Source of the DNA: a virus
Taxonomy: Duplodnaviria > Caudoviricetes
Direction: 5' to 3' (one strand)
Virus record (IMG/VR): IMGVR_UViG_2595698834_000001
Location: 85,845-149,844 of that record
Length of the DNA: 64,000 nucleotides
Shown here piece after piece: positions 46,866 through 57,353 of this stretch (positions are counted from its first letter, which is position 1; each line of letters begins with the position of its first letter). The notes under the pieces were generated by a model. It was not told where the DNA came from and made no database searches. It saw nothing but the letters and a program-made list of their open reading frames with translations. Made by a program: the position numbers and the translations under genes.

Positions 46866-47594
46866 ATGACGAATAAAGTTCCGTTAGACCTAAGCAAACT
46901 GAGTGAGAAGGAATTTCCTTTCATTAAGAAGCTCGACAGGCAGCAAGAAGATATGGTTACAAAACTTTTCAGATCAAAACGTGTTGTAGTAGACGCAGTC
47001 GCAGGATCAGGTAAGACAACTGTTCTTACTCAAGCATTTAAAGCATTGTTAGATAAAGGTCGCATTAGCGCCATCTACTATGTTGTGTTCCCAGTTCAAG
47101 AAAAATCTTTAGGGTACCTACCGGGAGGTATATCAGAAAAACTACAGGAATACGCCATACCTTTCTTTCAAGCCCTAACTGAGGCAGGGGTAAACCCTAG
47201 TGAGTTTGACGTAGAGGACGTATTCAACGTATTAACGTACGGTCAGTTCAAAGTAGTACCTCACACGTTCTTGAGAGGGCGTAACTTAGACGGTGTGGGT
47301 ATTCTAATCGACGAGTCACAAAACGGCACAGTAGATGAAATACGCAAGATTTTGACCCGTGTGACAGACAGTTGCTATGTAGCGTTAGCTGGGCACAGTG
47401 GACAGATTGATATCAAGAAAGATAGTTCAGGTTTCTCTCGATATAACCACCATTTTAAGTCGGGAGTAGAATCAGGAGAGTTTTCAGATATTGAGTTTGC
47501 GGACCTATGTGTAAATTACCGAGGTAAGTTTAGTTCGTATTCAGACAAAATTGGGCAGTTAAAAACAAAGGAGGAAACAAATAATGAAAAATAG
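46866..47594 (+). CDS. phoH: PhoH-family ATPase
   Basis: AVAGSGKT, LGYLPGG, FLRGRNL, IDESQN, GHSGQID. Confidence 0.9.
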   Translation: MTNKVPLDLSKLSEKEFPFIKKLDRQQEDMVTKLFRSKRVVVDAVAGSGKTTVLTQAFKALLDKGRISAIYYVVFPVQEKSLGYLPGGISEKLQEYAIPFFQALTEAGVNPSEFDVEDVFNVLTYGQFKVVPHTFLRGRNLDGVGILIDESQNGTVDEIRKILTRVTDSCYVALAGHSGQIDIKKDSSGFSRYNHHFKSGVESGEFSDIEFADLCVNYRGKFSSYSDKIGQLKTKEETNNEK

Positions 47595-48588
47595 TACCAT
47601 GTCAGGTTTAGTTAAGATAGTTTTAAGAGAAGTTAATGATGCAATTCTTGAGGAGTTAAAGAAAAAACTTGAGGGAAAAGTCGATGATAGTGACAAGGTA
47701 GCTAACTCTCTTGAAAATATGTTTAAGGATAAAGAGGAAATTAACGAGTTTATTAAAGACACGTTAGAAGACGCTCAAGAACTAGCTAGTCAAAGAGAAG
47801 CTGACATCAAGTATAGAGAAAAATTGGTTAGTTATTTAGATGTATTAACACAACAGGAACCTCCTGAATTTACAGAGGAAGAAGAGAAAGTGTTTAAAGA
47901 AAATTTAGAAAGTTCTTCTCAAGAAGAAACAGACAACCCATGCAGTCTTGTTAGCGCTGTGGAGCGGTTCTTTGACTTAGTTAATTCTGAGGAAGACGCA
48001 CACAAATTTGCAGAAGAACTTCAACTATTTTTACCAACCCACAAGAGAGGTAATTTTGGGTTTGGGACGAGTACAGGTATCTCATACGGAAGATATAGTC
48101 TTTGCGATAAGGACCTGACGTTAAAGTCAGATGGAGAACGAGTAATCGTACAATATACCTTAACTGAAGATGACGTAACGAATCCCGAACTTGCAAAAGA
48201 GCTGTTCCATTCTAACCATGAGCAAGGTGCAGATAGTACCGAGGTGTGTGGGTGTGTAAACAAGTGTGGTGGAGACGAAGATGATGAAGACAATGATGAT
48301 GAAGACAATGACGACTTCCCGGGAGTATACGATATTATTGAAGATATCGAAGAGACTGAAGAAGAATTTTACAACAGTGTAGAGGTTATCTTGCAAAATA
48401 TTATCAGACACTACTCTAACAACATGCCTAATTATGCGACCATGTCCGAGTACGATGAAGCTGCTATGAGATTTTTCTTAACTCATTGTAGCACTTTACA
48501 CTCTCCGGCAGCTATTACCGCCCTAAGTAAAGGCGATCTTTTGCACGAGTTTAAACGCAGAATTCAGGCTGTATCCAACTCGAAATAA
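47584..48588 (+). CDS. Acidic hypothetical protein
   Basis: 334 aa with an Asp/Glu tract. Confidence 0.65.
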   Translation: MKNSTMSGLVKIVLREVNDAILEELKKKLEGKVDDSDKVANSLENMFKDKEEINEFIKDTLEDAQELASQREADIKYREKLVSYLDVLTQQEPPEFTEEEEKVFKENLESSSQEETDNPCSLVSAVERFFDLVNSEEDAHKFAEELQLFLPTHKRGNFGFGTSTGISYGRYSLCDKDLTLKSDGERVIVQYTLTEDDVTNPELAKELFHSNHEQGADSTEVCGCVNKCGGDEDDEDNDDEDNDDFPGVYDIIEDIEETEEEFYNSVEVILQNIIRHYSNNMPNYATMSEYDEAAMRFFLTHCSTLHSPAAITALSKGDLLHEFKRRIQAVSNSK

Positions 48589-48673
48589 GAAAAAAAATTA
48601 CTAGAAAAAGGTAGTCTATCCGTTGACTACCTTTTTTCTATATGTTATACTCTGTTTATAGACTAATAGGGAG

Positions 48674-50161
48674 ATGAATTGGATGGATCAAATGCAGTTA
48701 GAAACGTTAGAGACAAACGAAAGAAACTATAAAGATGTAATTAGGGATATTGAGAATGAGGTAATGAAACCCGATCTAACTATAGGGAATATTCGTTACT
48801 CCATTATCGAAAAGACACCTTACTCATTCCATATTTATGTCGCAGAACAGCTACCTGCGAAAGTAAACTTATACGAAATGTTATACGACCTCCGGCATAG
48901 AAGGTATTTTCTATATAAAAACGGAAGAGAAATCAAGTTCACCGTTAACAATTTAAACAACATTATTCCTCGACCTAGTTGGCAATTTATAAGCCCTGCC
49001 CCAATGAGACAGCAAGAGGCAGTTGGCAACTTCCTTGAAATTGTGTCAGTCAGTGAAAATAAAGGAATGTATAAAAAGATGCTTGACATGATAGGTGCTC
49101 AGGGAGAAGAGAAAATTGATATGCCATCAAGAGCACTAATTAGACTTATCGAGAAGTATCACAAGCTAGAAATCCTTTACAAGTCCGGAGTTCCGTTTAG
49201 TTGTCTACCTGAATGTGTGTTACTAGACGCCGCTGCTAGAAGTGAAGAGACAAAGCCCCATAAAATACTGGGAGTGTCAAAGCAAGCCTTGAAGCTGGTA
49301 AAAGATATATGTGAGATTAGGGGAGGACGATTAAATGAATATATAGCACCTGACTGGAGGAGGTTACAAACATTAGCCCACCTAACTCAGCAACAACTTG
49401 ATACGTATAGATCATATATCAATTTTATACTAGAGCTCGAAGAGGAATATGATACAGGAACAGACCCTTTATATTCCTTTCTTCAAGATAACACGTTGTA
49501 CCAGTATAACCAAATAGGTAACACCGAAGAGGTAGAAAACATGGTAGGTAGATGGGGTTTACGGGACGATGTTACATGGTTTATACACAGGTATAATGTT
49601 AAAGATACTAAGAGGTTTATAAAATATATCTATTTTGACTGTTTAACACAGCAAGGAATGCAATCTAGCACTGCTATGAATCTATATAAAGACTATTACA
49701 GAATGAATGTTCTCATGGAGAATCCTAATTTTGAAAAATACCCAAGATACCTTAAAACTTTCCACGATATCACATCTCGAAACTTTAAATTTGTGGAGGA
49801 TGAGGTAGCTAAGAAACAGTTTGAAGAAGTAGCGAATGATCTGAAAGTATACGAATGGAAAGATACGGATTTTAGAATTGTTGCTCCTGAGAGTATAAGA
49901 GAGATCGTCGAAGAAGGGCAGAAGCTACATCACTGTGTCGCATCTTACGCTAAGTCTGTATGTGAAGGCAGAACACAAATTGTTTTCTTAAGAGACAACG
50001 AGGCTCCTGAAGTTCCGTTGGTTACAGTGGAGATAAAAGATGGAATTATTAGACAAGCTTATGGACTATCTAATAGAGTCGTAGATGTCAAGGAGCATAA
50101 GGCACTTCAAAAGTTCGCAAAGAAACATAAGTTATCATGCAAGTACTCAACATCTAGATAA
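48674..50161 (+). CDS. PcfJ-like domain protein
   Basis: YKDYYRM...YPRYLKTFHD...EEGQKLHHCVASY...IVFLR...LVTVEI...QAYGLSN. Confidence 0.8.
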   Translation: MNWMDQMQLETLETNERNYKDVIRDIENEVMKPDLTIGNIRYSIIEKTPYSFHIYVAEQLPAKVNLYEMLYDLRHRRYFLYKNGREIKFTVNNLNNIIPRPSWQFISPAPMRQQEAVGNFLEIVSVSENKGMYKKMLDMIGAQGEEKIDMPSRALIRLIEKYHKLEILYKSGVPFSCLPECVLLDAAARSEETKPHKILGVSKQALKLVKDICEIRGGRLNEYIAPDWRRLQTLAHLTQQQLDTYRSYINFILELEEEYDTGTDPLYSFLQDNTLYQYNQIGNTEEVENMVGRWGLRDDVTWFIHRYNVKDTKRFIKYIYFDCLTQQGMQSSTAMNLYKDYYRMNVLMENPNFEKYPRYLKTFHDITSRNFKFVEDEVAKKQFEEVANDLKVYEWKDTDFRIVAPESIREIVEEGQKLHHCVASYAKSVCEGRTQIVFLRDNEAPEVPLVTVEIKDGIIRQAYGLSNRVVDVKEHKALQKFAKKHKLSCKYSTSR

Positions 50162-50246
50162 CACTTTTCGGACGGTCAAAGTAAGACCGTCCTCGTTGTA
50201 TATGTTATAGTTAAATTATAGACAAAAATGTAAAGGGGAATGTAAA

Positions 50247-50798
50247 GTGAAGCTTTTCTTCGACACGGAAATGACCGGACTCCACCAAAAAACAACACTA
50301 ATTAGCCTCGGAATCGTGAGCAGCTCGTCGAAAGAGTTCTATGCGGAGTTTACTGACTATGACAAGGAGTATGTGGAGGCTGATGACTGGCTCCAAGAGA
50401 ACGTAGTTGATCGTTTAAAGTTTAATTCTATTGATCCGTTCTGCACTACAGTAGGTGCTGTAACTAATTGTAAGGGAGATACAGAGTTTATAACTAAACA
50501 TTTACGAAAGTGGATAAGTCAATTTAAGACCATCGAACTTTGGTCAGACTGCCATCATTATGACGTTACCCTCTTCTTCGAATTATTCGGAGGCGCCTTC
50601 ACTGTACCTGATAATGTTTACTACATACCATTTGATATCTGCACGTTGTTCAAGGCTTTCGGAGTTGATCCGGATATTAGCCGTGAATCGTTTATCGACC
50701 ACCCAATGACCGGAAGCAAGCACAATGCGATATACGATGCAAAAGTGATTAGATCTTGCTATGATAAGTTAGAGAGGAACTATTTATCTAGGATATGA
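50247..50798 (+). CDS. DEDDh 3'-5' exonuclease
   Basis: FFDTEMTGL...HNAIYDA. Confidence 0.8.
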   Translation: MKLFFDTEMTGLHQKTTLISLGIVSSSSKEFYAEFTDYDKEYVEADDWLQENVVDRLKFNSIDPFCTTVGAVTNCKGDTEFITKHLRKWISQFKTIELWSDCHHYDVTLFFELFGGAFTVPDNVYYIPFDICTLFKAFGVDPDISRESFIDHPMTGSKHNAIYDAKVIRSCYDKLERNYLSRI

Positions 50799-50893
50799 GC
50801 CCATTTATAAAAATATTCCTAGAAATTGTTGACGTTATAACGAGACTGTAATATACTGAGACCATAGAGAAAGATACAGACCGCTACAGGGAG

Positions 50894-51136
50894 GTGAATA
50901 AGGTGGCATCAAATGCTAAATCACAGGTAAACCTTACATATCTCGAATGCGAAGGCTGTAGCAATATTGTTACGATACCTCGCAAAAAGAATAAGGCTAG
51001 AAGCAAATATCATACAAAACATATGTACTGCTACAAGTGTAAGAAAAAAGTAGCTCATATTGAAACAAAAGAAGACTGCTTCTTACCACAATGGATAAAA
51101 GATCGAGATATTGCAGACAAAGAAAGTAACGACTAG
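50894..51136 (+). CDS. Zinc-ribbon protein resembling ribosomal protein L33
   Basis: LECEGC...RKKNK...MYCYKCKKKVAHIETK. Confidence 0.55.
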   Translation: MNKVASNAKSQVNLTYLECEGCSNIVTIPRKKNKARSKYHTKHMYCYKCKKKVAHIETKEDCFLPQWIKDRDIADKESND

Positions 51137-51140
51137 GAGG

Positions 51141-52067
51141 ATGAAATTTTTGAAACATGCAGATTTAGTATATGGTGATTTATTGAAAAGGATATTAGAA
51201 GAGGGAGAAGAGAAAGAAGACCGCACAGGAACTGGAACTCTATCGATATTTGGTCCACAGATTGAGTTTGATCTCTCTGAAGGTTTTCCTCTCTTAACTA
51301 GAAAGAAAGTACCTTTCAGACTGGTAGCGGAAGAGTTGTTTTGGTTCTTAAACGGAGACACAGACTTAAAGACTTTGATTGACAAGAACGTGAACATTTG
51401 GACTGACGACGGGTATCGCTACTACTTAGAAAGAGCAAAAGAAGATGAACACCGACACATTCACACAAAGGAAGAGTTCATTGAAAAAACAAAAATGCAC
51501 GGATTCTCTATGGGATCTATCTACGGAAAGAACTGGAGATCGTGGAACCTGCCAGCTAGTTTAGCAAATAGCGAGAATGAAGGAGTAGTAGATCAGATCG
51601 CTAACGTCATCGACTCTATTAAAAACAACCCACACAGCCGCAGACATATTGTCTCAGCTTGGAACGCAGGAGAAGTAGAACATGCTGCCTTACCACCATG
51701 TCACACGATGTTCCAATTTTATATCGGTCATGGCAATACATTAAGTTGCAAGATGTATCAAAGATCCGCAGATGCCGCACTTGGAGTACCCTTTAACATT
51801 GCAAGCTACGCACTATTGACTCACCTTATCGCAGAGATGACAGGACTAAAACCCGGAAAATTCATCCACACCTTCGGTGACGCTCACATTTACAGTAATC
51901 ATCTTGAAGCAGTTAAGACGTTACTAGACAGAGAACCTAAACCGCTTCCGCAGTTAAACGTTCTCACCGTGAAAGACAAGATTGAAGATTATACGATGGA
52001 CGATCTTGAGTTACTTGACTACAACCCGCACCCGAGTATTAAGGCAGACCTGAGCGTAGGTCTTTAA
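51141..52067 (+). CDS. thyA: Thymidylate synthase
   Basis: DRTGTGT, EELFWFLNG, ALPPCHTMFQF, YQRSAD..LGVPFNIASY, GDAHIY. Confidence 0.95.
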   Translation: MKFLKHADLVYGDLLKRILEEGEEKEDRTGTGTLSIFGPQIEFDLSEGFPLLTRKKVPFRLVAEELFWFLNGDTDLKTLIDKNVNIWTDDGYRYYLERAKEDEHRHIHTKEEFIEKTKMHGFSMGSIYGKNWRSWNLPASLANSENEGVVDQIANVIDSIKNNPHSRRHIVSAWNAGEVEHAALPPCHTMFQFYIGHGNTLSCKMYQRSADAALGVPFNIASYALLTHLIAEMTGLKPGKFIHTFGDAHIYSNHLEAVKTLLDREPKPLPQLNVLTVKDKIEDYTMDDLELLDYNPHPSIKADLSVGL

Positions 52068-52088
52068 ACAACCGAGGAGGAATTTTAA

Positions 52089-52724
52089 ATGAAAAACCAC
52101 AAACCCCTGAAAATTGCGATCTGCGGAGAAGTCCGTTCCGGTAAAGACACTGTCGGTAACATCCTAGAAGAAGAATTAGTGCTAATGCCCTTTGCTTTTG
52201 CTGACGAGTTGAAAAAAGATTTCCATAAGGAGAACCCTCATGTTAGGCAGGTTCCAAAGCCTCGTAAATGCTACCAACTTTACGGAGAGCTTAAGAGAGC
52301 TACTCATGGTGAAGACTACTGGATAACTAAGCTATTCCACAAAATCGAAGAATCTAAACATTTAGCTGAAAAATGGTTATCAACTTGTGTAGGAGTGTAT
52401 TACAAACCCTTCAACGTACTTGTTACAGACACTCACTACGGAAATGAGGCTCGCAGTTTAAGAGAGAATGGTTTTACACTTATTCGTGTAGTGGCTCCTT
52501 TAGAAGTCCGTAAAGAACGTATGATTGCGGAAGGTGACAATTTCAAAGAAGAAGACCTACACCATGTTTCAGAGACAGAAGTAAATAGTTTCGAAGTTGA
52601 TTATGAGATTGTTAACGACGGAACCTTAGAAGAACTATATGCAAAAGTTGAAGAGCTTATAACCAATATACGAGCAGATCATGAAATTGAAGAAGCTGTA
52701 GCTGAGTTACGAGAAGAAAAGTGA
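52089..52724 (+). CDS. Deoxynucleoside monophosphate kinase
   Basis: ICGEVRSGKDT P-loop, FADELK, HVSETE. Confidence 0.82.
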   Translation: MKNHKPLKIAICGEVRSGKDTVGNILEEELVLMPFAFADELKKDFHKENPHVRQVPKPRKCYQLYGELKRATHGEDYWITKLFHKIEESKHLAEKWLSTCVGVYYKPFNVLVTDTHYGNEARSLRENGFTLIRVVAPLEVRKERMIAEGDNFKEEDLHHVSETEVNSFEVDYEIVNDGTLEELYAKVEELITNIRADHEIEEAVAELREEK

Positions 52725-53224
52725 GAGGAACAGAAACAATGCACATTTCCATGATAGCCGCCATTGGCAAAAACAACGAGATCGGTAAAAACAACGAGCT
52801 GCTTTGGAATATACCGGAAGACATGGCATGGTTCAAAAAGCATACGACTGGAAAAATCGTAGTCATGGGTCGAAAGACATTCGAAAGTATCGGCAGAGCA
52901 CTCCCAAACCGAACAAACATCGTAATGACGAGAGATCCGGACTTTAATCATAAAGACGTCTTAGTACGTCAATCTATCTTCCAAGTACTAGCTGAGTGTA
53001 GAAATGAATTAGAACTAGTCGTTATCGGAGGGGAACAGATTTACAACTACTTCCTCCCCTATACAGACAGAATATATCTTACAGAGATCGACCACAGCTT
53101 CGATGCAGACGCTTTCTTCCCTCAGATTGATAAGAGTGAGTGGGGTCAGTATTTCAGCCAACAAGGAGATCAAAGCAGCGAGTACAACTACCGTTTTAAC
53201 GTTTATAAACGAAAACTAAAATGA
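52721..53224 (+). CDS. dfrA: Dihydrofolate reductase
   Basis: IGKNNELLWNIPEDMAWFK, VVMGRKTFESIGRALPNRTN, IGGEQIY, DAFFP. Confidence 0.95.
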   Translation: MRGTETMHISMIAAIGKNNEIGKNNELLWNIPEDMAWFKKHTTGKIVVMGRKTFESIGRALPNRTNIVMTRDPDFNHKDVLVRQSIFQVLAECRNELELVVIGGEQIYNYFLPYTDRIYLTEIDHSFDADAFFPQIDKSEWGQYFSQQGDQSSEYNYRFNVYKRKLK

Positions 53225-53240
53225 GAGGTAGAGGATTAAC

Positions 53241-54038
53241 ATGATCTTGTACAACAGAAGTAAGCAAGACTTCGATACTGAAATTGCTGTGATATACTTA
53301 GAAGCCCCTATTCATCGAGTGGACGTCCCGGAGTGGTTTCAAATGCGAGAGTGTGAAGCTAACAACTTAGAATTATATTCAGAGATTCCGATTATCGAGG
53401 TAGATGAAGACCTTTTCGATATGTTGCCTCTGATGACTGACTCTGTTCCATTGGCTCTTGCTGAAGTGGTAGATTTCAAAGCAGTAATTGAAGACTTTGG
53501 TCACCGTTCCTCGGACTTCGTAGCAATATGCGGAGATCAGGTATTAGTATTCGGAGTAAAACAGAGCGAATACTCTCCTACTGTTATGGCAGTTACTCGG
53601 GTAGGAAGAGTAGCTCCTGAACTAGAGGAAAAGTTCGTTGCCCTTGCAAGAAAGAAGAATATCGAAGTACATTCGGTAGATACTGCTGGGTTTAAGGTTT
53701 CTGATTTTATTCCTTTAGTAGACGTTGGGCTCACTCGAAGAGAAAAAGAAATGAAAGAGATTCTTATGACAGCAATAACGACCCTATCTCAGTCCGACTA
53801 TTCAAGAGGAGCAGTAGAGTACTTCTTCCACGCCCTTTACCCTAACATGCACAAGTACCAAGAAGAAGTAGATGCTACTACAAAAGAAAGTATGCTAGAG
53901 GACATGGTGTCATATCTTGTCGAAGGATGGGATAGCCAGCATGAGGAGTTCGGAGACGAGTTAATAAAGTTTGTAGACTCCGATTTGTTCGAGGAGTGGG
54001 AAGAGCTACGGAGGATAAACAAAGACGTAGTAGTCTAA
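53241..54038 (+). CDS. Hypothetical protein (YjbA/DUF3603-like)
   Basis: VPEWFQMRECE...GLTRREKEMKEILM...GWDSQHEEF. Confidence 0.5.
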   Translation: MILYNRSKQDFDTEIAVIYLEAPIHRVDVPEWFQMRECEANNLELYSEIPIIEVDEDLFDMLPLMTDSVPLALAEVVDFKAVIEDFGHRSSDFVAICGDQVLVFGVKQSEYSPTVMAVTRVGRVAPELEEKFVALARKKNIEVHSVDTAGFKVSDFIPLVDVGLTRREKEMKEILMTAITTLSQSDYSRGAVEYFFHALYPNMHKYQEEVDATTKESMLEDMVSYLVEGWDSQHEEFGDELIKFVDSDLFEEWEELRRINKDVVV

Positions 54039-54054
54039 GAGAGGAGATCAACAG

Positions 54055-54267
54055 ATGCTAGATAAATTGTTTATACTTGCTTTGCTATACGAGTCCGCAG
54101 TAAGTAATGTAAAGTTTGAAAGTTGGTCAGACGCTAGTTGGAAAGATAGAGTACTGAGACTGGTTTTCTATCTACCGAGTCTAATACTCGTTATTATTTG
54201 GTGGGCTTACTCATATGTATACTTTCCTATGTGGAGCTGGCTCCACTCTGTATTTTCAAGGCGTTAG
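54055..54267 (+). CDS. Small membrane protein
   Basis: Hydrophobic and Trp-rich; GAGGAG RBS. Confidence 0.6.
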   Translation: MLDKLFILALLYESAVSNVKFESWSDASWKDRVLRLVFYLPSLILVIIWWAYSYVYFPMWSWLHSVFSRR

Positions 54268-54357
54268 ACTAACAAGTAAATAACTACCCCAACGCTGAGG
54301 TGTTCTACGAGTCAGGTAAGCATCTTGGCGTTTTCTAAAAGAAGGAGATGAAAAGAT

Positions 54358-54768
54358 ATGGCGTTAATCGAAGTTAAATGCCCGAGGTGTAGTGCGAGTT
54401 ATAAGAGAATGGTAGACTTCATAAGTGACTCCTTTTGGGACAGTGAAGGAAATAGATATTACCACAAATGCTATCTTGACGAAGGTACAGAAGTGGAAGG
54501 GCAGTTGAACTCGGACACTCTTGTAATAGTCTTAGAACCGTTTGAAATTAGTCCAATAGAAGGTCATTTTATTGCGATGGATGAGTCTGTTCTCGACGTA
54601 CTTGTCCTAGGTACAGGAGGCGGTCTTAACGTTATTGCTACACGAGATAAAGATTTCTTAAAGGAGCAGGTAAAGAAATCACCGCTAAACGACTATGCTT
54701 TGTATCGAGTAGTTGACACTAGTAAGCAGCCTGTGATTTTCCTAAAAAGAATAGACTGGGAAGGCTGA
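54358..54768 (+). CDS. Hypothetical protein with N-terminal CxxC
   Basis: VKCPRC...YHKC; followed by a terminator. Confidence 0.6.
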   Translation: MALIEVKCPRCSASYKRMVDFISDSFWDSEGNRYYHKCYLDEGTEVEGQLNSDTLVIVLEPFEISPIEGHFIAMDESVLDVLVLGTGGGLNVIATRDKDFLKEQVKKSPLNDYALYRVVDTSKQPVIFLKRIDWEG

Positions 54769-54871
54769 GAAAGGGTACAATTAACTTTGTACTCTTTTTT
54801 TTAATTTTACAGTTGAAGTTACAGACTGGTTATAGTATAATTTGGTTATAACTTAAGAGGAGGAATACATT

Positions 54872-55546
54872 ATGGACGAGATCGAAAATAAACGGGAAAG
54901 ATTTTTGACAAAAGGTTTGGCAAGACATCTAGGATCAGAAAGATACTTAGCTGAGTTGAAAAAGGCTGTTAGCAGTCGACTATCGACCATTGAGTACGAA
55001 AGGTTAACCGAAGAGCAACTTTCTTCATTTGTTGACATTGTTCACTCCGCACAAGAACTAGTAGATAAAATAGACGAACATAATAGTAAGGCAGAGGATT
55101 TAATTAGCTTGGACGACTTTTGGGAGGAGCAGGAACAGATTATAAACGGGGAAAGTATTAGTGGTAGTAATGGAAACAAAGGCGAGGTAGATTCTAACCT
55201 CATGGAGTATACTACTAATAAACATTACAAAAAAGAAAATACCGATATAGAGATTATAACCCCTAGGGAAGTGCAGGAGCGGCTAAGCCCTAAAGAGGAT
55301 GGTCTGATAAAAGAGGCTGCTGAGGTTGTGAAAGATGTTGTTAATGGTAACCTAAAACAGCATATATTCGATGGGTACTACGAGGTTTACTTATCACAGG
55401 TAGCTTATCCGGAGAAAATCGTTCAGAGATTGGGAGAGATGTTGGAGCAAGCCGGATGGGATGTTAGGCTATCTAGTCAGGATGCTGCACATTACGAAGA
55501 CGATCCTAGTACTCGACTCGTTTTAAAAATTAAGGAGGAAAACTAA
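54872..55546 (+). CDS. Hypothetical protein, paralog family member 1
   Basis: IITPREVQE...LEQAGWDV. Confidence 0.65.
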   Translation: MDEIENKRERFLTKGLARHLGSERYLAELKKAVSSRLSTIEYERLTEEQLSSFVDIVHSAQELVDKIDEHNSKAEDLISLDDFWEEQEQIINGESISGSNGNKGEVDSNLMEYTTNKHYKKENTDIEIITPREVQERLSPKEDGLIKEAAEVVKDVVNGNLKQHIFDGYYEVYLSQVAYPEKIVQRLGEMLEQAGWDVRLSSQDAAHYEDDPSTRLVLKIKEEN

Positions 55547-55547
55547 A

Positions 55548-55646
55548 ATGAAAAATACTGATAACGAAATCAAGATTGTTATACCCGAAGATGTTCAGGA
55601 GCAAGTAGAAAAAAAATGGATAGAGCTAGCTATTCAAATATCCTAA
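55548..55646 (+). pseudogene. Truncated paralog family member (32 aa)
   Basis: AAGGAGG RBS then MKNTDNEIKIVIPEDVQEQVEKKWIELAIQIS*, resembling ENTDIEIITPREVQE. Confidence 0.45.
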
Positions 55647-55649
55647 GAG

Positions 55650-55856
55650 ATGCTTACAAAAAAATGCGTTTGTGGTAATAACGCTAAACTCAATTACCGA
55701 AATAAATATGGTCGAGTGAAGGATAAATTAATACTTGTTGAAAAAGTACCTGTTTATTCTTGTGGAGAATGCAACGATCAGTTCATGAGTGGATCTGATT
55801 CTAGCTTATTTGCAAAAAAACTAAAAGAAGCTTACAAGGAACAGGAGGAGGAGTAA
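55650..55856 (+). CDS. YgiT/MqsA-type zinc finger protein
   Basis: CVCG...ILVEKVPVYSCGECNDQFM. Confidence 0.7.
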   Translation: MLTKKCVCGNNAKLNYRNKYGRVKDKLILVEKVPVYSCGECNDQFMSGSDSSLFAKKLKEAYKEQEEE

Positions 55857-55857
55857 C

Positions 55858-56433
55858 ATGGAGAAGAGAAAACTACCTAATAACAAGTTTAACAACCTAT
55901 CAGAGAAAGCTTGGGAAGAGTCAAACGAAGTAACCAAGGAAACTAGAGAAGGAGACCCTAGCAGCAAAAGCCTCTCAGATTTACTTGGAGAGGTGGGGTT
56001 CCCTAATATTAGATCGAATAACGAGCCTAGAATTATAACCCCAGAGGAAACGAAGCATCTATCGGGCGTAGATTACGAGCCTATGTATAGAAAGGCTATG
56101 GAATACGTTAATCAGCTGTTACTCGTGCATTTTGCGGATCGAGCTAACCAAGGTCAAATGGAATTCTATCTTAACCATGATGAGTACTCCGTTCAGGTTA
56201 TTAATCATGTCATCGAAGAAATTAAAACCGCTGGGTGGAGTGTACGGTCAGCTGATATCAGCCCGAGTAATCGCTGGGTAACTCGTATCGAGTTATTCAT
56301 TCCTCGTGAATACTGTAACTTGACTGAAAAACAGGAAAAAGAGTTGGACATGATTGAAGGATGGCAAAAGGCGATTATAGCTTATCGGGGTAGAAGGAGA
56401 CAGGAAAAGGAGGAGGAGAGAGATGAAGAGTAA
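55858..56433 (+). CDS. Hypothetical protein, paralog family member 2
   Basis: RIITPEET...IKTAGWSV. Confidence 0.65.
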   Translation: MEKRKLPNNKFNNLSEKAWEESNEVTKETREGDPSSKSLSDLLGEVGFPNIRSNNEPRIITPEETKHLSGVDYEPMYRKAMEYVNQLLLVHFADRANQGQMEFYLNHDEYSVQVINHVIEEIKTAGWSVRSADISPSNRWVTRIELFIPREYCNLTEKQEKELDMIEGWQKAIIAYRGRRRQEKEEERDEE

Positions 56434-56899
56434 ACTATGGAAAAAACTTTGTAGCTTAGGTAAGTGGAAGGATACAGAACATAATTTTACCCGTCCTAAA
56501 CCTTCCGAGCTAGTATCCCCTGAACAAATGTTAAGAGGATGGGATGTAGAGAGTCGCAAACGATACACTCAGATGAAAAAAGAAATTAATGAAGAAATAA
56601 GTCGTGCTTATAAGTATTCCTCAGATGGGAAGTTCGTAATTATAGATTTTCGTAAAGGCGAGTTTAGCTCGACGATACTTGACGAAGTTATAAAGGAATT
56701 GATTGAGTTAGGGTGGGAGGTTGCAACTCGGACGACCGAGAGAGAAGTTCTACCTCCGTGGTATGAGGATGGTCCTCCCAAAAAATTTACTGGTGATTTT
56801 TTTGAGATGTGTGTCGCTCAACCGGGAGAACTCCGTGAAGCTATTGAAGGAACTGATTTTATCGTTTTCGGAGAGGAAAGCACTCAGATTGAAAAATAA
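56423..56899 (+). CDS. Hypothetical protein, paralog family member 3
   Basis: LVSPEQ...LIELGWEVATRT...AQPGEL. Confidence 0.65.
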   Translation: MKSKLWKKLCSLGKWKDTEHNFTRPKPSELVSPEQMLRGWDVESRKRYTQMKKEINEEISRAYKYSSDGKFVIIDFRKGEFSSTILDEVIKELIELGWEVATRTTEREVLPPWYEDGPPKKFTGDFFEMCVAQPGELREAIEGTDFIVFGEESTQIEK

Positions 56900-57353
56900 C
56901 AACATGTTCCACAAAATGTGGAAAAAGATGAAATATTCAAGAAAGATTAAGTACACGGAAATTCCCACCACACCAGAGGCTAAAGAGGCTATATCCGACT
57001 CTGTTTATCGAGAGCTTGCTGTTCTTAAGAAAGTAGTAGCTAAGGAAATGAAGAAGTGGCATAGGAGTAGTCCCGATAATAAATATATCTTGGTATCAAT
57101 TAAACAAAACCAGTTCTCAGAAAAAGCGTTCGACTGCTTAGTTAAACACGTACACGCTATGGGGTGGGATGTAGCAACAAGAACGTTCAAAAAAGACTAC
57201 TGGGATAGGAGCCGTCTCATGCAAGGAGATGGAAATGCTTACTACTCTGTACCGCACTTTGAAATACAGATTGCTTTTCCGGGGGAGCTAGTAGAAAAAA
57301 TTGACTACGTTAAATTTACACAGATACTTAAAGGAGATAATAATGGCGGATAG
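56889..57353 (+). CDS. Hypothetical protein, paralog family member 4
   Basis: IPTTPEA...HAMGWDVATRT...AFPGEL; start TTG 56889 or ATG 56904. Confidence 0.6.
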   Translation: MKNNNMFHKMWKKMKYSRKIKYTEIPTTPEAKEAISDSVYRELAVLKKVVAKEMKKWHRSSPDNKYILVSIKQNQFSEKAFDCLVKHVHAMGWDVATRTFKKDYWDRSRLMQGDGNAYYSVPHFEIQIAFPGELVEKIDYVKFTQILKGDNNGG

